Origin: Oikopleura dioica
Lineage: Eukaryota > Animalia > Chordata
NCBI GenBank assembly: GCA_907165135.1
Contig: OU015567.1
Location: forward strand, 2,108,001-2,172,000
DNA length: 64,000 nt
Direction: 5' to 3'
Position numbers and translations under genes: made by a program. The notes beneath the pieces were generated by a model. That model was given only the letters and a program-made list of their open reading frames with translations. It ran no database searches and was not told where the DNA came from. Positions 13,959-28,347 of the stretch are shown here, piece by piece. Position 1 is the stretch's first letter. Each line of letters opens with the position of its first letter.

Positions 13959-15933
13959 GTCTCCCCAAATATTTTCCAGTTTGAAAAGGGCCCCGATATT
14001 TCCTTTTACAACTCGGTTTCGTCGACAAGAAGCTCAACTCTATAATTCCATCCCCTGACCATCTGGATGCTCTTTTTTTCCTTGTGTTGAATACCGCGTG
14101 TGTTGTGTACTGTGTTGTTGTTTACACTTTCTGTCCAAAAAATCTGCGCCCAAAGCTTATTAGCCGCACATTTAGGGAGAAATTAGCGCTGCACCTGAGG
14201 TTGATTTTTTGCGCTTCAGGAAACACTGCTTGAAAATGTTCCCAGACAAAATGAATGTCTTCTTTGATTGATGATTTGAGGCGATGCTGCATTGGGACAT
14301 GTTTTTTGCTAATTGGTAATGGAATTTGTTGTAGAAGCGGTGCGTGTAAAGCACAAGTGCGAAAAATAAACTCGCGAAAGTGCAAATTGAATTTTTGATT
14401 TTGCATCAGGAGGCTGTTTTTAGAGGGCTCCGCCTGCTGCTCGCCGCCTAGTCCGATTAAAGTCCGCTCGGCGTCATGATGCAAGATTACGTCGTAAACC
14501 CAATTTGCACGATGCTCTTGCACTCATCGCCAAATGCACGCAGCACCTTTCTCAGACGATTGCTTCTAAATTCCCCTACTTGTTTGTTTTACCATCTAGT
14601 AGGGTCTCTCGAGTTTAGCAGGTTCGTCAAAGGAACCCCTCTCTAGTTATTGTGGCTCTCAAAAATTATCAATTGCTTATCGATAAAAAATAATTGAACA
14701 AGGAACCATCAAGATTTACATCGAATTATTTCAGTAAATAAAGTTTACATCTGTGGTCCCTAAACAGTTTCGAGGGTTTCAGAAACATACGGTTTTTCGA
14801 TGATAAATGAATTTTATATTGACGCTTGCTTGGAGAAGATAGATTAGGGATTCAAATTGGATATCTATTGATTATCTATTAACTACCTGTTACTTGGACA
14901 AACTTATCAATAAACAGCTTTCTCAAAACTTAGAATTTGAAGAGCAATTGAGGTGTAAAATGCTCGAATCCAAACTTCCGGTCCTCTGATTCCAGAAATT
15001 GCACTGTATCAATAATTAACCCCCCTTTTTTCTCGCGTGGCTGAGCCCGGTCAATTGGAAAATTTCGAGCTGAGGAGAGAGCTGAGATTATTTTGTTAGT
15101 GATTAGGGACTTTGTCGGGGGACGAGAAGGAGCGGCGCCTTTCGATTGATCATTTTTAGGAGCGTGCGTGACTATTTCGCGCTCTTTTGGCTTTCCAAGC
15201 ATCGGAAACCGCCGCGTAAGATGCAAATGCAAATGGAACATGCCTAAGTTGTCGAGTTATGTCTTTCTTGTGCTAATTAGGTGCGAATAGTTCTAGAATA
15301 CAGACATTCGAGCATTATTGTTTCGACTCGATACACAAAAAAATCGTCCTGACAAAGAGCGAAAGAGAGCAAAATGGTTCGACACAGGAATGTTCAATAA
15401 AATCATCCCTTTTAGAAAAAAAAGTTTATTTCAAAGAACAAAAAAAGTTTGATGCGCGCTCCGCTGGAAGAACTCGAACGACTTGAGCGAAAATCTTCGT
15501 TCACAAAAGAAGGAGATCTTCTGCAGGAAAGGGTTGATGAACATTTCTTCTGATGATTTTATCGCAAGTTTTGACCTTTTTTGAGACATCAAGCGCCGAA
15601 AAAATTGATAGAAAGGATTACTACGTTGCTGTTGCTTTGGTTGGGCTCATCATTTCTTCCTGCATTCTTGGTACGATGCTTATTTTTGTTCTAGAGAAGG
15701 GACCATATCTGGCCTTGTCAATAGAATCGTCGAAATTGGACCCATGATCGTCGATATTTTTGATTGTCGGACAAAAATCTTCATTTTTGGGTCCAATTTT
15801 CACAATTTTTTAAATTTTTTTGACTCAATTTTTAGGTGTCATCGCATTTTACCTGAACTCCAGCGCCAAGTAAACTCTTCTATAAGCTGTCTCGCCCAAA
15901 TTTTCCGATTTCGTCATATGTATTCCTTTTTTT

Positions 15934-17061
15934 GAGTCAGGAGGGACTCGTCTGCCCTGCTATCCGGCGGGTGACCAGAATGGCCGGACCAAGCGGGTGA
16001 CAAGTCCGCCCTGGCCGGACTGCCCTTCTCCGCAGGGGACTGCGAGTCTCGGAGGGAAATTGCTAAGTGACCGTGCAAAATCCTGATCACAAGGGTGTTC
16101 CGATGATGGAGCTTATCTGCACTAGGTTCATTTTTCAGAGGATCAAGAGCATTTTTCTTCAAATATTTTCAGGAAAAAGGCTATTTATACAAAAACGAAT
16201 ATGAAAATTCCGAAAATCGAGGTTATAACTTCTGAAAATGAAAGTTTCTTCATGAAAACATGCATCAAAGAACATCCTCTTCTTATCTAATTATATAACA
16301 GCTGTCTTATGATCTTCTTTCCTGTTTGAATTTCCTTAAATGTTCTTCCAGCTGATCTTCTGACACTTATTCTTACCGTCATGGTGAAAACAAGTGAGCT
16401 GTACGCTATCTTTGTAAGCGCCCCTGACTGTAAAGATGAATCGTTTATTACTGGGATGTGGCAAAATCTCTGAGCCTGCTAAAGTAAATACCAATTGGCA
16501 AAGCTTTTTTGAGTTTCGAAAATATCTCACTCATTTCTTTTATTTTCTGGTTGAACGAGAAGGAGAGAACAATTAAATAGCTTTCCGTTAGGTGAAAACA
16601 TAAACGAAGCATCTGTAATTACTCCGACAAAGTCAGAAGATCAGCTGGAAGAAAGTTAAAGGAAATTCAAACAGAAAAGAAGATCATAAGACAGCTGTTA
16701 TATAATTAGATAAGAAGAGGATGTTCTTTGATGCATGTTTTCATGAAGAAACTTTCATTTTCAGAAGTTATAACCTCGATTTTCGGAATCTTCATATTCG
16801 TTTTTGTATAAATAGCCTTTTTCCTGAAAATTTTTGAAGAAAAATGCTCTTGATCCTCTGAAAAATGAACCTAATGCAGATAAGCTGCACTGTCGGAACA
16901 CCCTTATGATCAAGATTTTGTAAGGTCACTTCGCAATTTCCCACCGAGACTCGCAGTCCCCTGCGGAGAAGGGCAGTCCGGCCAGGGCGGACTTGTCACC
17001 CGCTTGGTCCGGCCATTCTGGTCACCCGCCGGATAGCAGGGCAGACGAGTCCCTCTTACCC
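15934..17061. mobile_element. Non-autonomous Mutator/foldback-like element with ~420-bp terminal inverted repeats
   Basis: 15941-16364 is a near-perfect inverted copy of 16632-17055 around a ~270-bp spacer. The ends start with G. Candidate 9-bp TSD CCTTTTTTT at 15925-15933 and 17062-17070 (low complexity). Confidence 0.7.
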
Positions 17062-17690
17062 CCTTTTTTTTCTTTCACCTTGAATTCCGCAAATAAACAC
17101 ACGCACTCGAAAAAATGGTTAAAGATATGCTTTTATTGCAAGAATATGCATTCTGCATGAAAAGTGCCAGTTCACTTAAAATCACTTGGCCAGTCGACCT
17201 CTCCACTTCCGGAAGCACTTTTTCGAAGACATTTTAAATGTTTCTTCTCTTCTTTTTCTAAAGAGGGCTTTTTATGAAAGCATTACAGGGTCCGCTTTGG
17301 AGCGCGTTAATTGCAATTATTTGCACCACCAAGAGGGATAATCTCATTTTCAGAGTTGTCACAAAAATGAAGAATAATTTTGTCCTGATAATTGCCACGG
17401 CAAGTTCACCCACACGTTGGACATTTCCGCGGCCAATTGATTATTGACATTTTATAGAGACTCCGACTTCTGAAGCGGAAATAAAGGAAACTTTTCAATA
17501 ATTTTATTTTCAAAAAAAAATTAAGGGTTTTTTAATGTTGATAAATTATCCTAAATAGCGTTTTGAAACTGATTTTTAACTGATAATATTCCTTAAAATT
17601 GTCCGTCTTTAGAACCCCCGATCGAGAATCACGAAAATGAGCTTCCTAGGAGAAGTTTTTCTCAAAAAACAATTTTAGATACACCCTTAA

Positions 17691-17959
17691 CCCTAGCCGG
17701 CCAAAAATGATTTTTCTCGGGTACCGGTCAAGATACTCCATATTTGGCGCCAGGGATTTACCTGCAAATAAGACTATACAAATGATAAAGGTCAAATTAT
17801 ATGGTCTTGGGGAAATAGATTAAACCCTGCCTATCAAGATGCAATAGAAAAAAAACCGCTCCAGAATGAGTTTCTTAGAAATTATACGTTAAGTATTGTG
17901 AGGTACTTGGAAATCAGTAAAAACCTGCTTCATATTTGGAGTACCTTGACCGGCTAGGG
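17691..17959. mobile_element. piggyBac-like MITE (269 bp)
   Basis: TTAA|CCCTAGCCGGCCA...TGACCGGCTAGGG|TTAA. 13-bp TIR with one mismatch. 17-bp internal inverted repeat at 17724-17740 / 17937-17953. Confidence 0.85.
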
Positions 17960-18608
17960 TTAATTCTAATTTGAACTTTTAGATCAAACCCTCTGCAATC
18001 GTTTGCCTTATGATAATCTCTCGATATCAAATTTAAGGATATACAGGCCGTGAACGGTAAAGTTGCTGGGAGCAGGTTTTTTCGGATTTTTTATTGAGGT
18101 ATACCCTTAATTTTTACAGGCTAAAATTAAGGCCCTTAGTTACGACCATTTCTTTTTTGAGAGCTTTGAGTCAATGAACTTGAGGAGGACAACCCCTTTA
18201 AATTTTATCAGTCGATATTTCTGATCTTGGTCAAAAAGACTTTTCCGTTAACTAGATTACTTTCTTTCTAAAACGCTCCTTCCTAAAGCCAATGTTTTCA
18301 GTGTAATCTAACTCATCCAGTTATGCTTCTTTTGGGTAACGTGTTGGATTTAATGCGGACAAGCAGCGCAACACTCCAAACGGTGTAGAAAACGGCGCGC
18401 TGTAGCGCTCTACGCTCTGATCAAGCGCGTAGCTTTAGATTTAGAGGTGGCGCTGTTTTCGGAAATTCGCTCTATACGGTCCCGAGACTTTTTGATATCG
18501 TCTATCAAAAGGAATTTCAGAGAAAAGAAGCTGCTATTCCGAGATTTACAAAGAAATTAACACAACGACTTTTCGATTTATTTTGAACAAGAGACTAATC
18601 CGAAGAAG

Positions 18609-20400
<1,792 letters not shown>

Positions 20401-20619
20401 CGAACTTTCAATCGACTCGATTGCATTTATCCTGAGCTGTTAACGTTGTTACTTGTCACTTCCTTGTACATTCACTTTTTTCTTTCTATTTTTTGTCTAT
20501 ATAAATCAACATTATTAAAAAATTAAGAAAATGAGATTAATTTTTTTTTTTTGAATTTTTATTGATATGAAAGTTTTTACAATCAAATTTGTACATGAAT
20601 ATTTTGAACAAAAAGAGCT

Positions 20620-20925
20620 TCATCTTGAGTTTTGATGGTTTCTGATGCTTCTCTGGCTCAATTTTCTTTGAAGAGATGCTCGTTTCGCCCGTTGCATGAC
20701 TTCCAGAAATTCCTTCTTTTCGCTTCTCTCTTCGATTTCTTTCCCAAAGTTGAACTCAAAGTCGGCCGACTCGAATCCTGATGAATTGAGGCTCTCTTCG
20801 CTGCTTGCTGAATGAAGTTGGTTGACGAGAAATCGGCGGATGGCTTGAGGAGTCGACATTTTCGACGATTTGCTGGACGATTTTTGCTTCTTGGACGACG
20901 ATTTGAGGCCGAAACAAGCGAACAT
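20620..20925 (-). CDS. Small single-exon protein of unknown function (101 aa), convergent with ovo
   Basis: ATG-started ORF MFACFGLK..., AATAAA and an A-run downstream on the minus strand, possible upstream AG acceptor near 21120. No family recognised. Confidence 0.4.
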   Translation of the reverse strand: MFACFGLKSSSKKQKSSSKSSKMSTPQAIRRFLVNQLHSASSEESLNSSGFESADFEFNFGKEIEERSEKKEFLEVMQRAKRASLQRKLSQRSIRNHQNSR

Positions 20926-22021
20926 TTTTGAGTGTTTTTGTTTGTCTGTTGAAACTGACTGTATGAAGAGTTCTGCGAAGGCAGGCTATTTATCGGATCG
21001 GACAGGAGCGCCACCGGGGAGTGGCAAATGTGGCAAGCATGATTCCAGCTGGGATGAAAGCGATAAGATCAGAGGGAGGAGATCCGGATCTCGAGGGTGT
21101 GCAGCAGGCCAAATGGCGACCTAGTTGCACACAGACTAATCAGAACTAACACGACACACGCGGCCTAGATTTTATGATGACTTTGGACCACTTCAAAGCG
21201 TTTCTCACACGTGTTCCGCCTCACTATTTTGTTTTTTTTTTTGCCATTTTGAAATGCAAAAATCAAAAATTAAAGGATTTATAGGATACCGAGCTCCGAA
21301 AAGCGATCTTTAAAACGGTTCTTGCCCGTTGATAATTTCATTAATTATTTCGACACTTTTCATTTTTCTCAAACACTGGCGCATTAATTTCATTAACTTA
21401 ATGACTCTGGAAAAATAATCTGCTATCCAGAAATTACCCCGCTAATCTGGAGTCTATCTAATAATTGAATTAAGTACCCACTGCGTACCGACAAGCATCA
21501 AGTGTTTATCCTTCGACTGTTATTGGTTGGTCGTAGAAAGCTGTTGCCGTGTCTTGCGGTAAATTAGAGCAGCGAGTTATGAAACATTAACATTGTAAAA
21601 CATTGCTCTAAACATTTTACCATCCGCCGAGCGGGACCGCTCTAAACCAACCCAACATGCCAAGACTCATTCCGCCATTCCAAGCCACATTCAAGCCGCC
21701 ACTTTTTAATTGCAATTTGATAGAACACGCGTTTCTCTATGCACCTTTGTTTTTCCTGTCAGTTTGACTTTATGATAAGTGGAAATTGGAGATTATTATT
21801 GTTGCTTATGATAATTGTAAAGCCGCTTTTACTGAAAATAGGCTACTAAAAGGGAGTTGGAGTTGTAATTCAATGGGTCCGTGTTTACTTATAAATAGAC
21901 CCAAATTATCAAGCAATTTTCTTTCACGAGGTTTTCCTCAGAAATAACGAAGGATGTCTATTGATAAATTATGCTTTGCTTTAGTTGTTTATTTTTTCTA
22001 GACGCGCTCTTAAATCTAGAG

Positions 22022-24382
22022 TAGGGTCCGGCATGTGGTTTTGGGTGGTCAACTTGAAGCGGTCATATATATACCCACGTGATCCCCATGATCTGTGGAT
22101 TCTAAAAATGTATGACTCATCACCATACGAGTTGGGAATAGGATTCTAGAGCCGTTTAAAGTTCCAAAAAATGAAATTTTTAGTTTTTTCTTTTTGTTAA
22201 AAATGAATGCCCAATGGGGTTTTAAGGCACGCACATTTCAAAAAATATTGTCTCAAAAGCCCCCTCCCCTGGCTTTAAATTTAATTTGGGCTTGACGGCC
22301 CGAAGGGCCGTTTCCCCCCCTCCCCTGGCTTTAAATTTAATTTGGGCTTGACGGCCCGAAGGGCCGTTTCCCCCCCTCCCCTGGCTTTAAATTTAATTTG
22401 GGCTTGACGGCCCGAAGGGCCGTTTCCCCTCCCCTGGCTTTAAATTTAATTTGGGCTTGACGGCCCGAAGGGCCGTTTCCCCCTCCCCTGGCTTTAAATT
22501 TAATTTGTGCTTGACGGCCCGAAGGGCCGTTTCCCCCCCCTGGCTTTAAATTTAATTTGGGCTTGACGGCCCGAAGGGCCGTTTCCCCTCCCCTGGCTTT
22601 AAATTTAATTTGGGCTTGACGGCCCGAAGGGCCGTTTCCCCCCCCTGGCTTTAAATTTAATTTGGGCTTGACGGCCCGAAGGGCCGTTTCCCCCCCTGGC
22701 TTTAAATTTAATTTGGGCTTGACGGCCCGAAGGGCCGTTTCCCCTCCCCTGGCTTTAAATTTAATTTGGGCTTGACGGCCCGAAGGGCCGTTTCCCCTCC
22801 CTGGCTTTAAATTTAATTTGGGCTTGACGGCCCGAAGGGCCGTTTCCCCTCCCCTGGCTTTAAATTTAATTTGGGCTTGACGGCCCGAAGGGCCGTTTCC
22901 CCTCCCCTGGCTTTAAATTTAATTTGGGCTTGACGGCCCGAAGGGCCGTTTCCCCTCCCCTGGCTTTAAATTTAATTTGGGCTTGACGGCCCGAAGGGCC
23001 GTTTCCCCCCCCTGGCTTTAAATTTAATTTGGGCTTGACGGCCCGAAGGGCCGTTTCCCCCCCCCTGGCTTTAAATTTAATTTGGGCTTGACGGCCCGAA
23101 GGGCCGTTTCCCCTCCCTGGCTTTAAATTTAATTTGGGCTTGACGGCCCGAAGGGCCGTTTCCCCCCCTCCCCTGGCTTTAAATTTAATTTGGGCTTGAC
23201 GGCCCGAAGGGCCGTTTCCCCCCCTCCCCTGGCTTTAAATTTAATTTGGGCTTGACGGCCCGAAGGGCCGTTTCCCCCCCTCCCCTGGCTTTAAATTTAA
23301 TTTGTGCTTGATATAGGCAGGAAAGTCTCACCTTTCAAAATAGGAAGGTACAAGACTGAGTTGATCAATTTCAGTTTTGTCCCCAACCCCACCCTCACCC
23401 ATCATTTATTTAATTTAAATTGTTCCTTTTTAAATTATTATTATGGTTCGTTTTCAATTGAAGATCTTTTTTTCTTTATTTGGGATAAAATATTTGGGAT
23501 AAGACTGGCCCTTCAGAAACCCAGAATGCCAATATTTAAAAAATGGAGTTGATTATTAAAAAAGATTTTTAGTATTGCACCACCAAGTTTGCACCAAAAC
23601 ACCAAAATAATATGCATCACTTATTTTTATTTTTAAGTTAATTTAATTTTGTTTTTAATTAAGGTTACTTATATTATGAATTCGAAGTTCATATGTTTTA
23701 AGTAAGAGCACCACCAAAAATGCATTATTACACCATAAAATCCGGTTTTTGGAAGATTTTTTCTTGAAGAAGGATTCAAGACTGAAGTAATCTGAGGTCA
23801 TTGAATTAAAGAGTAAACGCTTTCTAAGCAAGTATCTTCAAGCAAAAGTCCTCCGGAGGACTTTCCCAAGGCTGAAATATCGTATTTCAACCTCGAAAAC
23901 CTTAAATATCTTACGATTCCCAACTCGGCAAAGAGTGATTGACACTTCTATCTGTAGATAAGCGTCTGCGCTATTATAATCAAGTAAGTTTTTCGCTTCA
24001 AGTTGAGGTTTACTGCATTAAATTCTTGATTTATACTTATGGAAAGGTGAAATTTTGGCGTTTCTTGAACTTTGACTTGGAAATTTTCCAAGAAAAAACT
24101 GATGAAATTCCATCAAAGACCCCTATAAATGAAGCTCAGAGTCTATTCTTCAGGTTTAATAATCAAGCAATCAAAAAATTTGACCACAGTAAAATTTTTC
24201 TTAATAAAAACAATGATAACCCAAAATAACTCTTAAAAATCCTAAAAATTGCCTGTAAATTTTTTCTTGTTGGGTTTCAAGCTTCACTGTAATGGAATAA
24301 AATATGTTTTTTGACCTAGGGAATTCGATAAAAGTGAAATGGGCTTATAAAAAAATCTGACCCTGATCCATGCCGGACCCTA
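22022..24382. mobile_element. Non-autonomous hAT-type element (2361 bp) containing a tandem hairpin array
   Basis: Perfect 14-bp TIR TAGGGTCCGGCATG (22022-22035 / 24369-24382). Perfect 8-bp TSD ATCTAGAG (22014-22021 / 24383-24390), fitting the NTCTAGAN target preference of hAT-Charlie-like elements. Confidence 0.85.
22261..23311. repeat. Tandem array, 19 full + 1 partial copies of a 51-57 bp unit
   Basis: Near-invariant core GGCTTTAAATTTAATTTGGGCTTGACGGCCCGAAGGGCCGTTT plus a variable C-run (CnTCn). Each unit has the stem-loop ACGGCCC-GAA-GGGCCGT. Confidence 0.97.
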
Positions 24383-24506
24383 ATCTAGAGCGTTGTGATG
24401 TTTCTTTTCTGGAGCGAAGTTCGTCTGTTCGAGCCGGCAAAAATTTTTTCTAGAAGCGTTGCTTTGCAAAGCTCCTTCCTTCATTACGAAAAATAAATCG
24501 AAAAAA

Positions 24507-26526
24507 ATGAGCTCACGTGACTACAGAGAAAATCCCCAAGATTTTGGAAGGTCATTTAGTAATAATGGTAAGTTCTTTGTTCATTTTCCGATATAAATTA
24601 TTCCGCTAAAATTTGCCGATAGAAAATGGAAATTAAAATTAATAAACCCTTGATTTTAGGTGGCAAAATCCTCAAGCCCAAACGACTTCGGCGTCTGAGT
24701 TCGTCGACAATCTCGTCAAGAATGAGTGAAGATGAATTTAGAGCACAACTGGTCGGCGCATATCGAATTAACCGACAAGATTCTTCCGTCAAAACCCACA
24801 TTGATGCACATGAGCAAAACCGAGTCTACTCTGAAAGAATAGAAGAAGAAGCCTCTGATTCGTCGGAATCGTCAGCATCACCGAGTCCTCTTCCGATTTC
24901 TCCAGAAAAAGTGGCTAGCACGAGGCTGATTTGCCCTCCGAACGATGAAAATCGACAAGAAGCGGCCCCTGGTCAACTTGGATTCGACAACTTCTCTTCT
25001 GACAATGTTGACGACGATATTCCTGTCTTCGAATCTGCTCGAACCTTCACTCAAGCTTCAAACGACTCTGCCTTCGTCTTGCCAAATCCACCAGCTTCGC
25101 ATCCGGGCTTCTCAAGTCCCGATCCGATACCGTCGAGCAGTAATGAAGAAATACCAAGCACGGGCACAAGTAATGACGAAGTAGAGTTGAGGAAAGTCCC
25201 GTCCAGAAATCGTGGTCGGAAAACTACTAGGACGTTTCAATCCACTCAGGGCAGCGAGATTCCTCTTCCCAAACAGGTTAAAATTGCAATCAACAACGAG
25301 AACGAACAAAATCAGAATCAGCCGATTACGAATTTTTCGAAGAAAAAGGCTCCCTTCACCTTCCGAAAAACGCAGTCAGAGACAACTTCGACATCAACAG
25401 ACTCAGCTGATCGACCGAAAACTGCACCCAAGGTCATCAGAACAAATTTCATCCGAAATTACGACAGCACAGCGTCCGAAAGCGAGAACAGCAGAATTGG
25501 AATTGTCAAGCTTCACGGTAAAAATTGGCACGGAAACGAATGGTCAAGCGAAGTTCTTCAAGAAGAAGGAACTTGGGTCGAATGTGTTGATTGCAAAAAG
25601 TGGCGATACTTACCAAATGTTCAAGGTAAATAAAAGTTTTAAAAGATAGGCTCTCATCAATTCATAGACCCTGCACTGCTACCGGAAGACTGGATTTGCA
25701 AAATGAATCCAAATGAAGAATTCAACGACTGCTCGAAAGCTGAATATGAGCCTGCGCAACCGGTAAGCAATCAGCAAAGTCGAAATTCCTCAGAGACAAA
25801 TTTGTTAAGGGTGCCTTCAAATACTGGGTTTACTATGATTGGCGATGCACAATCGGCTCCGTCGTCTGGATTGGAGTCAACTCGCAACGACTGCCATGGC
25901 CAGCCATAGGTTCTTGGTTTGAAATTTACTTTTATGCCGAAAATTTACGCATATTTATTTCAAACCATGGAAGTTGAAGTTGAACCAGCAATAGGCGAAT
26001 TCATGAAGAAAAATAAACACTTTGACAGGTAGCTTAAATTCCAAACAACTGATGTGAGTGACATGAAGTCCTCAATCGGTCTCCCGTTGAGCTTAGATAG
26101 ATAATGCCTATTTCACGAAAATTTTAAGCATTCACGTGACGATGATGCCAACTGAGCTGGGGAAGTTCCAACGACCAGTTACGAAATGGGTTCCTCTGCA
26201 TCAAGTTACACCCTTCAACGATTACGGGCCAGAAGATGCAAAGAGTGTCTTACTGAAGCAGCCAAGCAAAGATCGCACTAAGGTAAGTTGACTTGATTTT
26301 CTCTTGCAAAATGTAATTTTAGTGGCGGGCTGCATTTTTATTCGCCAAGCACGCTAGCATGCAAGAAAATTCAACGAAGCGCTTGGAAAACTACGGCCTA
26401 GAGTTTCAGATCCAAAGGTGGTCCGAACATGAAGCTCAGCCGGGAAAGCAGATCGACTACGAGTCCAACGAGACCGTCATCGCAAGACTGGAGTTTTCGC
26501 TCAAAAAGATGAAGCATAAGGCGTAA
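24507..26526 (+). CDS. ZCWPW1/2: Zinc-finger CW + PWWP domain protein (ZCWPW1/2-like), multi-exon
   Basis: Spliced reading gives WVECVDCKKWRYLPNVQDPALLPEDWIC..N...FNDC (CW), then IGSVVW....RLPWPAIVEVEP..GEF...IHVT...KWVP (PWWP), then a helical tail ending KMKHKA*. All introns GT-AG and in phase. Confidence 0.85.
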
Positions 26527-26703
26527 AGAAACGCTTTATTTCACTGTTTTTTTTTAAGTTTTTTATTTTTCATTTTGCCACAATAAAGAAAAAACACGAG
26601 AAAGATAAACTCTGTTTCATATTTATTGGAGGTCGCAATATTATATTAAAATTGAATTATTTGGAATCAGAGGCGAATTTCAATAGTTGCATTTTCAGCA
26701 AGA

Positions 26704-28347
26704 TCAGGATCGAGCACTCGGGGCTGAGCTTCTGTAAGGATCTTCTGAAAACAATGAAATGAAAAATCAAAGTTGAAAGATGAAAAACTGACCTTCGTAT
26801 TCAAGAGAGTAGCCAGAAGGATTCGATGCTCGTTCGCTCGAATAATCTTCGTAATCTTCATCGTCGTAATCTTCGTCATCGTCGACTCTGTCGCCAGAGG
26901 ATTCTTCATCACCGGAAGCTTCTTCGAACAGATGAGCACACGCTTCCCGGCAGTCAATCACTTTTTCTTTCGACATGTTTTCACAACCAACGCCGAACGC
27001 TTCGAGGTAGATAGTTTGCAGCGGCTCGAACGGAAGAGCACAAGAGCAGAGTTCCTCTTCGTTGCCGAATTCGTAGGTGCATTCGACTGGCTCAAGCTGA
27101 GAATGAGTTTTACTCTCTTCGTTAATTTATGATTGATTTTTTACCTCGGGCTCAATAACTTGAGGTTCGAAGATATTCTCATCAGGCTCAGCTTCAGTTT
27201 CTTCAACCGGGAGGAAATTAATCGGTGGCGACTCGGTTTGATCTTCGCTTTTGTTGCTGTCCGACGAATCAGAGTACTCTGGTTCGATGGAAATCACTTG
27301 CTTTTTGGTAGTTGTTGTTGTCTCGGGCTTTTTAGTTGGAGGAATGGGTGCGTAAGCCTCGGTTGGTTCCGGCTCGTATCGGTCAACTGCTGGTTCGTCG
27401 AAATCGGCTTCTTTACTGTTGACGCTTTCCATTCGGATGACGTCGGTGATGGTATTCAAGCTCTTCGAGTAGACATTGCTCACTGAAAGATAAAACTGTA
27501 GGAAAGGCTCTTGGGGAAGAAGTTACCTTCTCTTCCAAGAACGAGCTTTCCATCGACAACATCGCCGAAGAGAATTTTCGTCTGGTCCTGACGAAAGTAG
27601 CGATGGAGGTTTGAAGCATCGAGAGCATCGACAACGTCAGTTTCGAAGCGGTCAATGTTCTCCGTTTTCTTGATTTTGTCTACCAGACTCGCGCCTTAAA
27701 AGATATGTTTCAAGAACAAACAAAGAAGATGATTCTCTTTGTTGACTACAGGACGGATTAAGTTCATATGATTTATAGCGCGTTGGATGCGGCGCCTGTC
27801 AGATCAAAAAATGAACAATAAAAACGGCTTTGTTAAAGAGAATTGTGAATAGAAGTACCTTTGTAGACGTGCCAGGCGGCGAGTTTTCGACATTGGCCTT
27901 GCGAAAACGTGAGACAGGTGCCGGTGAGCACTATCGGATTTGATTTGGTCGACTCTACTACGGTCTGGCAAAGAGTCCTGAAGGTGAAAAGGTTAACGGC
28001 TTGGTTGAAATGATTTTTGAATAGGTCAAAAAGGCCGACTGATGAATCACAAAAGTGAATGGCTTGACTCTAGTCAATGTCAAATTCTTGCTTTCTTGAA
28101 AACTTTGGGGATAAGATCTTCATCTTCGTCCTTGCTTGAAATGATTTTTTGTCGATAGAAACTTAGAATTTAGTGGAAATGCTGAAATTCCGTCACTTCT
28201 TGAAATAAATAATAAATAAAAAATGATTAATTTCACATCCAAGCCGAGAATTCCGGTAAAATTCATAATTTATAAAGTTTTTTTTAAATTTATGGTTTCT
28301 CTTAAAAATCGAATTTACCCAGCAAAGAGCGCGAAAAGTATCTTCAT
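26704..28347 (-). CDS. Probable secreted acidic protein with small Cys-containing domains and a Thr/Pro/Glu linker; exon structure partly resolved
   Basis: MKILFALFAG start at 28347. In-phase exons at ~27860-27980, 27530-27695, 27145-27485 and 26790-27105. The 5' exon joins are unresolved. Confidence 0.55.

Noticed and set aside
12000-15930. Scattered short ORFs and possible exons
   Set aside because: I could not assemble a consistent spliced model or recognise any domain.
18445-18453. CTCF-like AGGTGGCGC motifs (also near 32770, 59905, 61315)
   Set aside because: Only the 3' half of the consensus matches; too short to support.
22261-23311. CRISPR-like array of palindromic repeats
   Set aside because: There are no unique spacers (only C-run length varies), no cas genes, and the context is eukaryotic.
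22261-23311. Hammerhead ribozyme on the minus strand (GAAAC-stem-GUC in each unit)
   Set aside because: The stem III and GUC resemblance is real, but the essential CUGANGA core and stem II are absent.
23304-24229. Transposase remnant inside the hAT element (ORFs 23304..23552 and 23939..24229)
   Set aside because: Short AT-rich ORFs with no recognisable BED, DDE or hAT dimerisation motifs.
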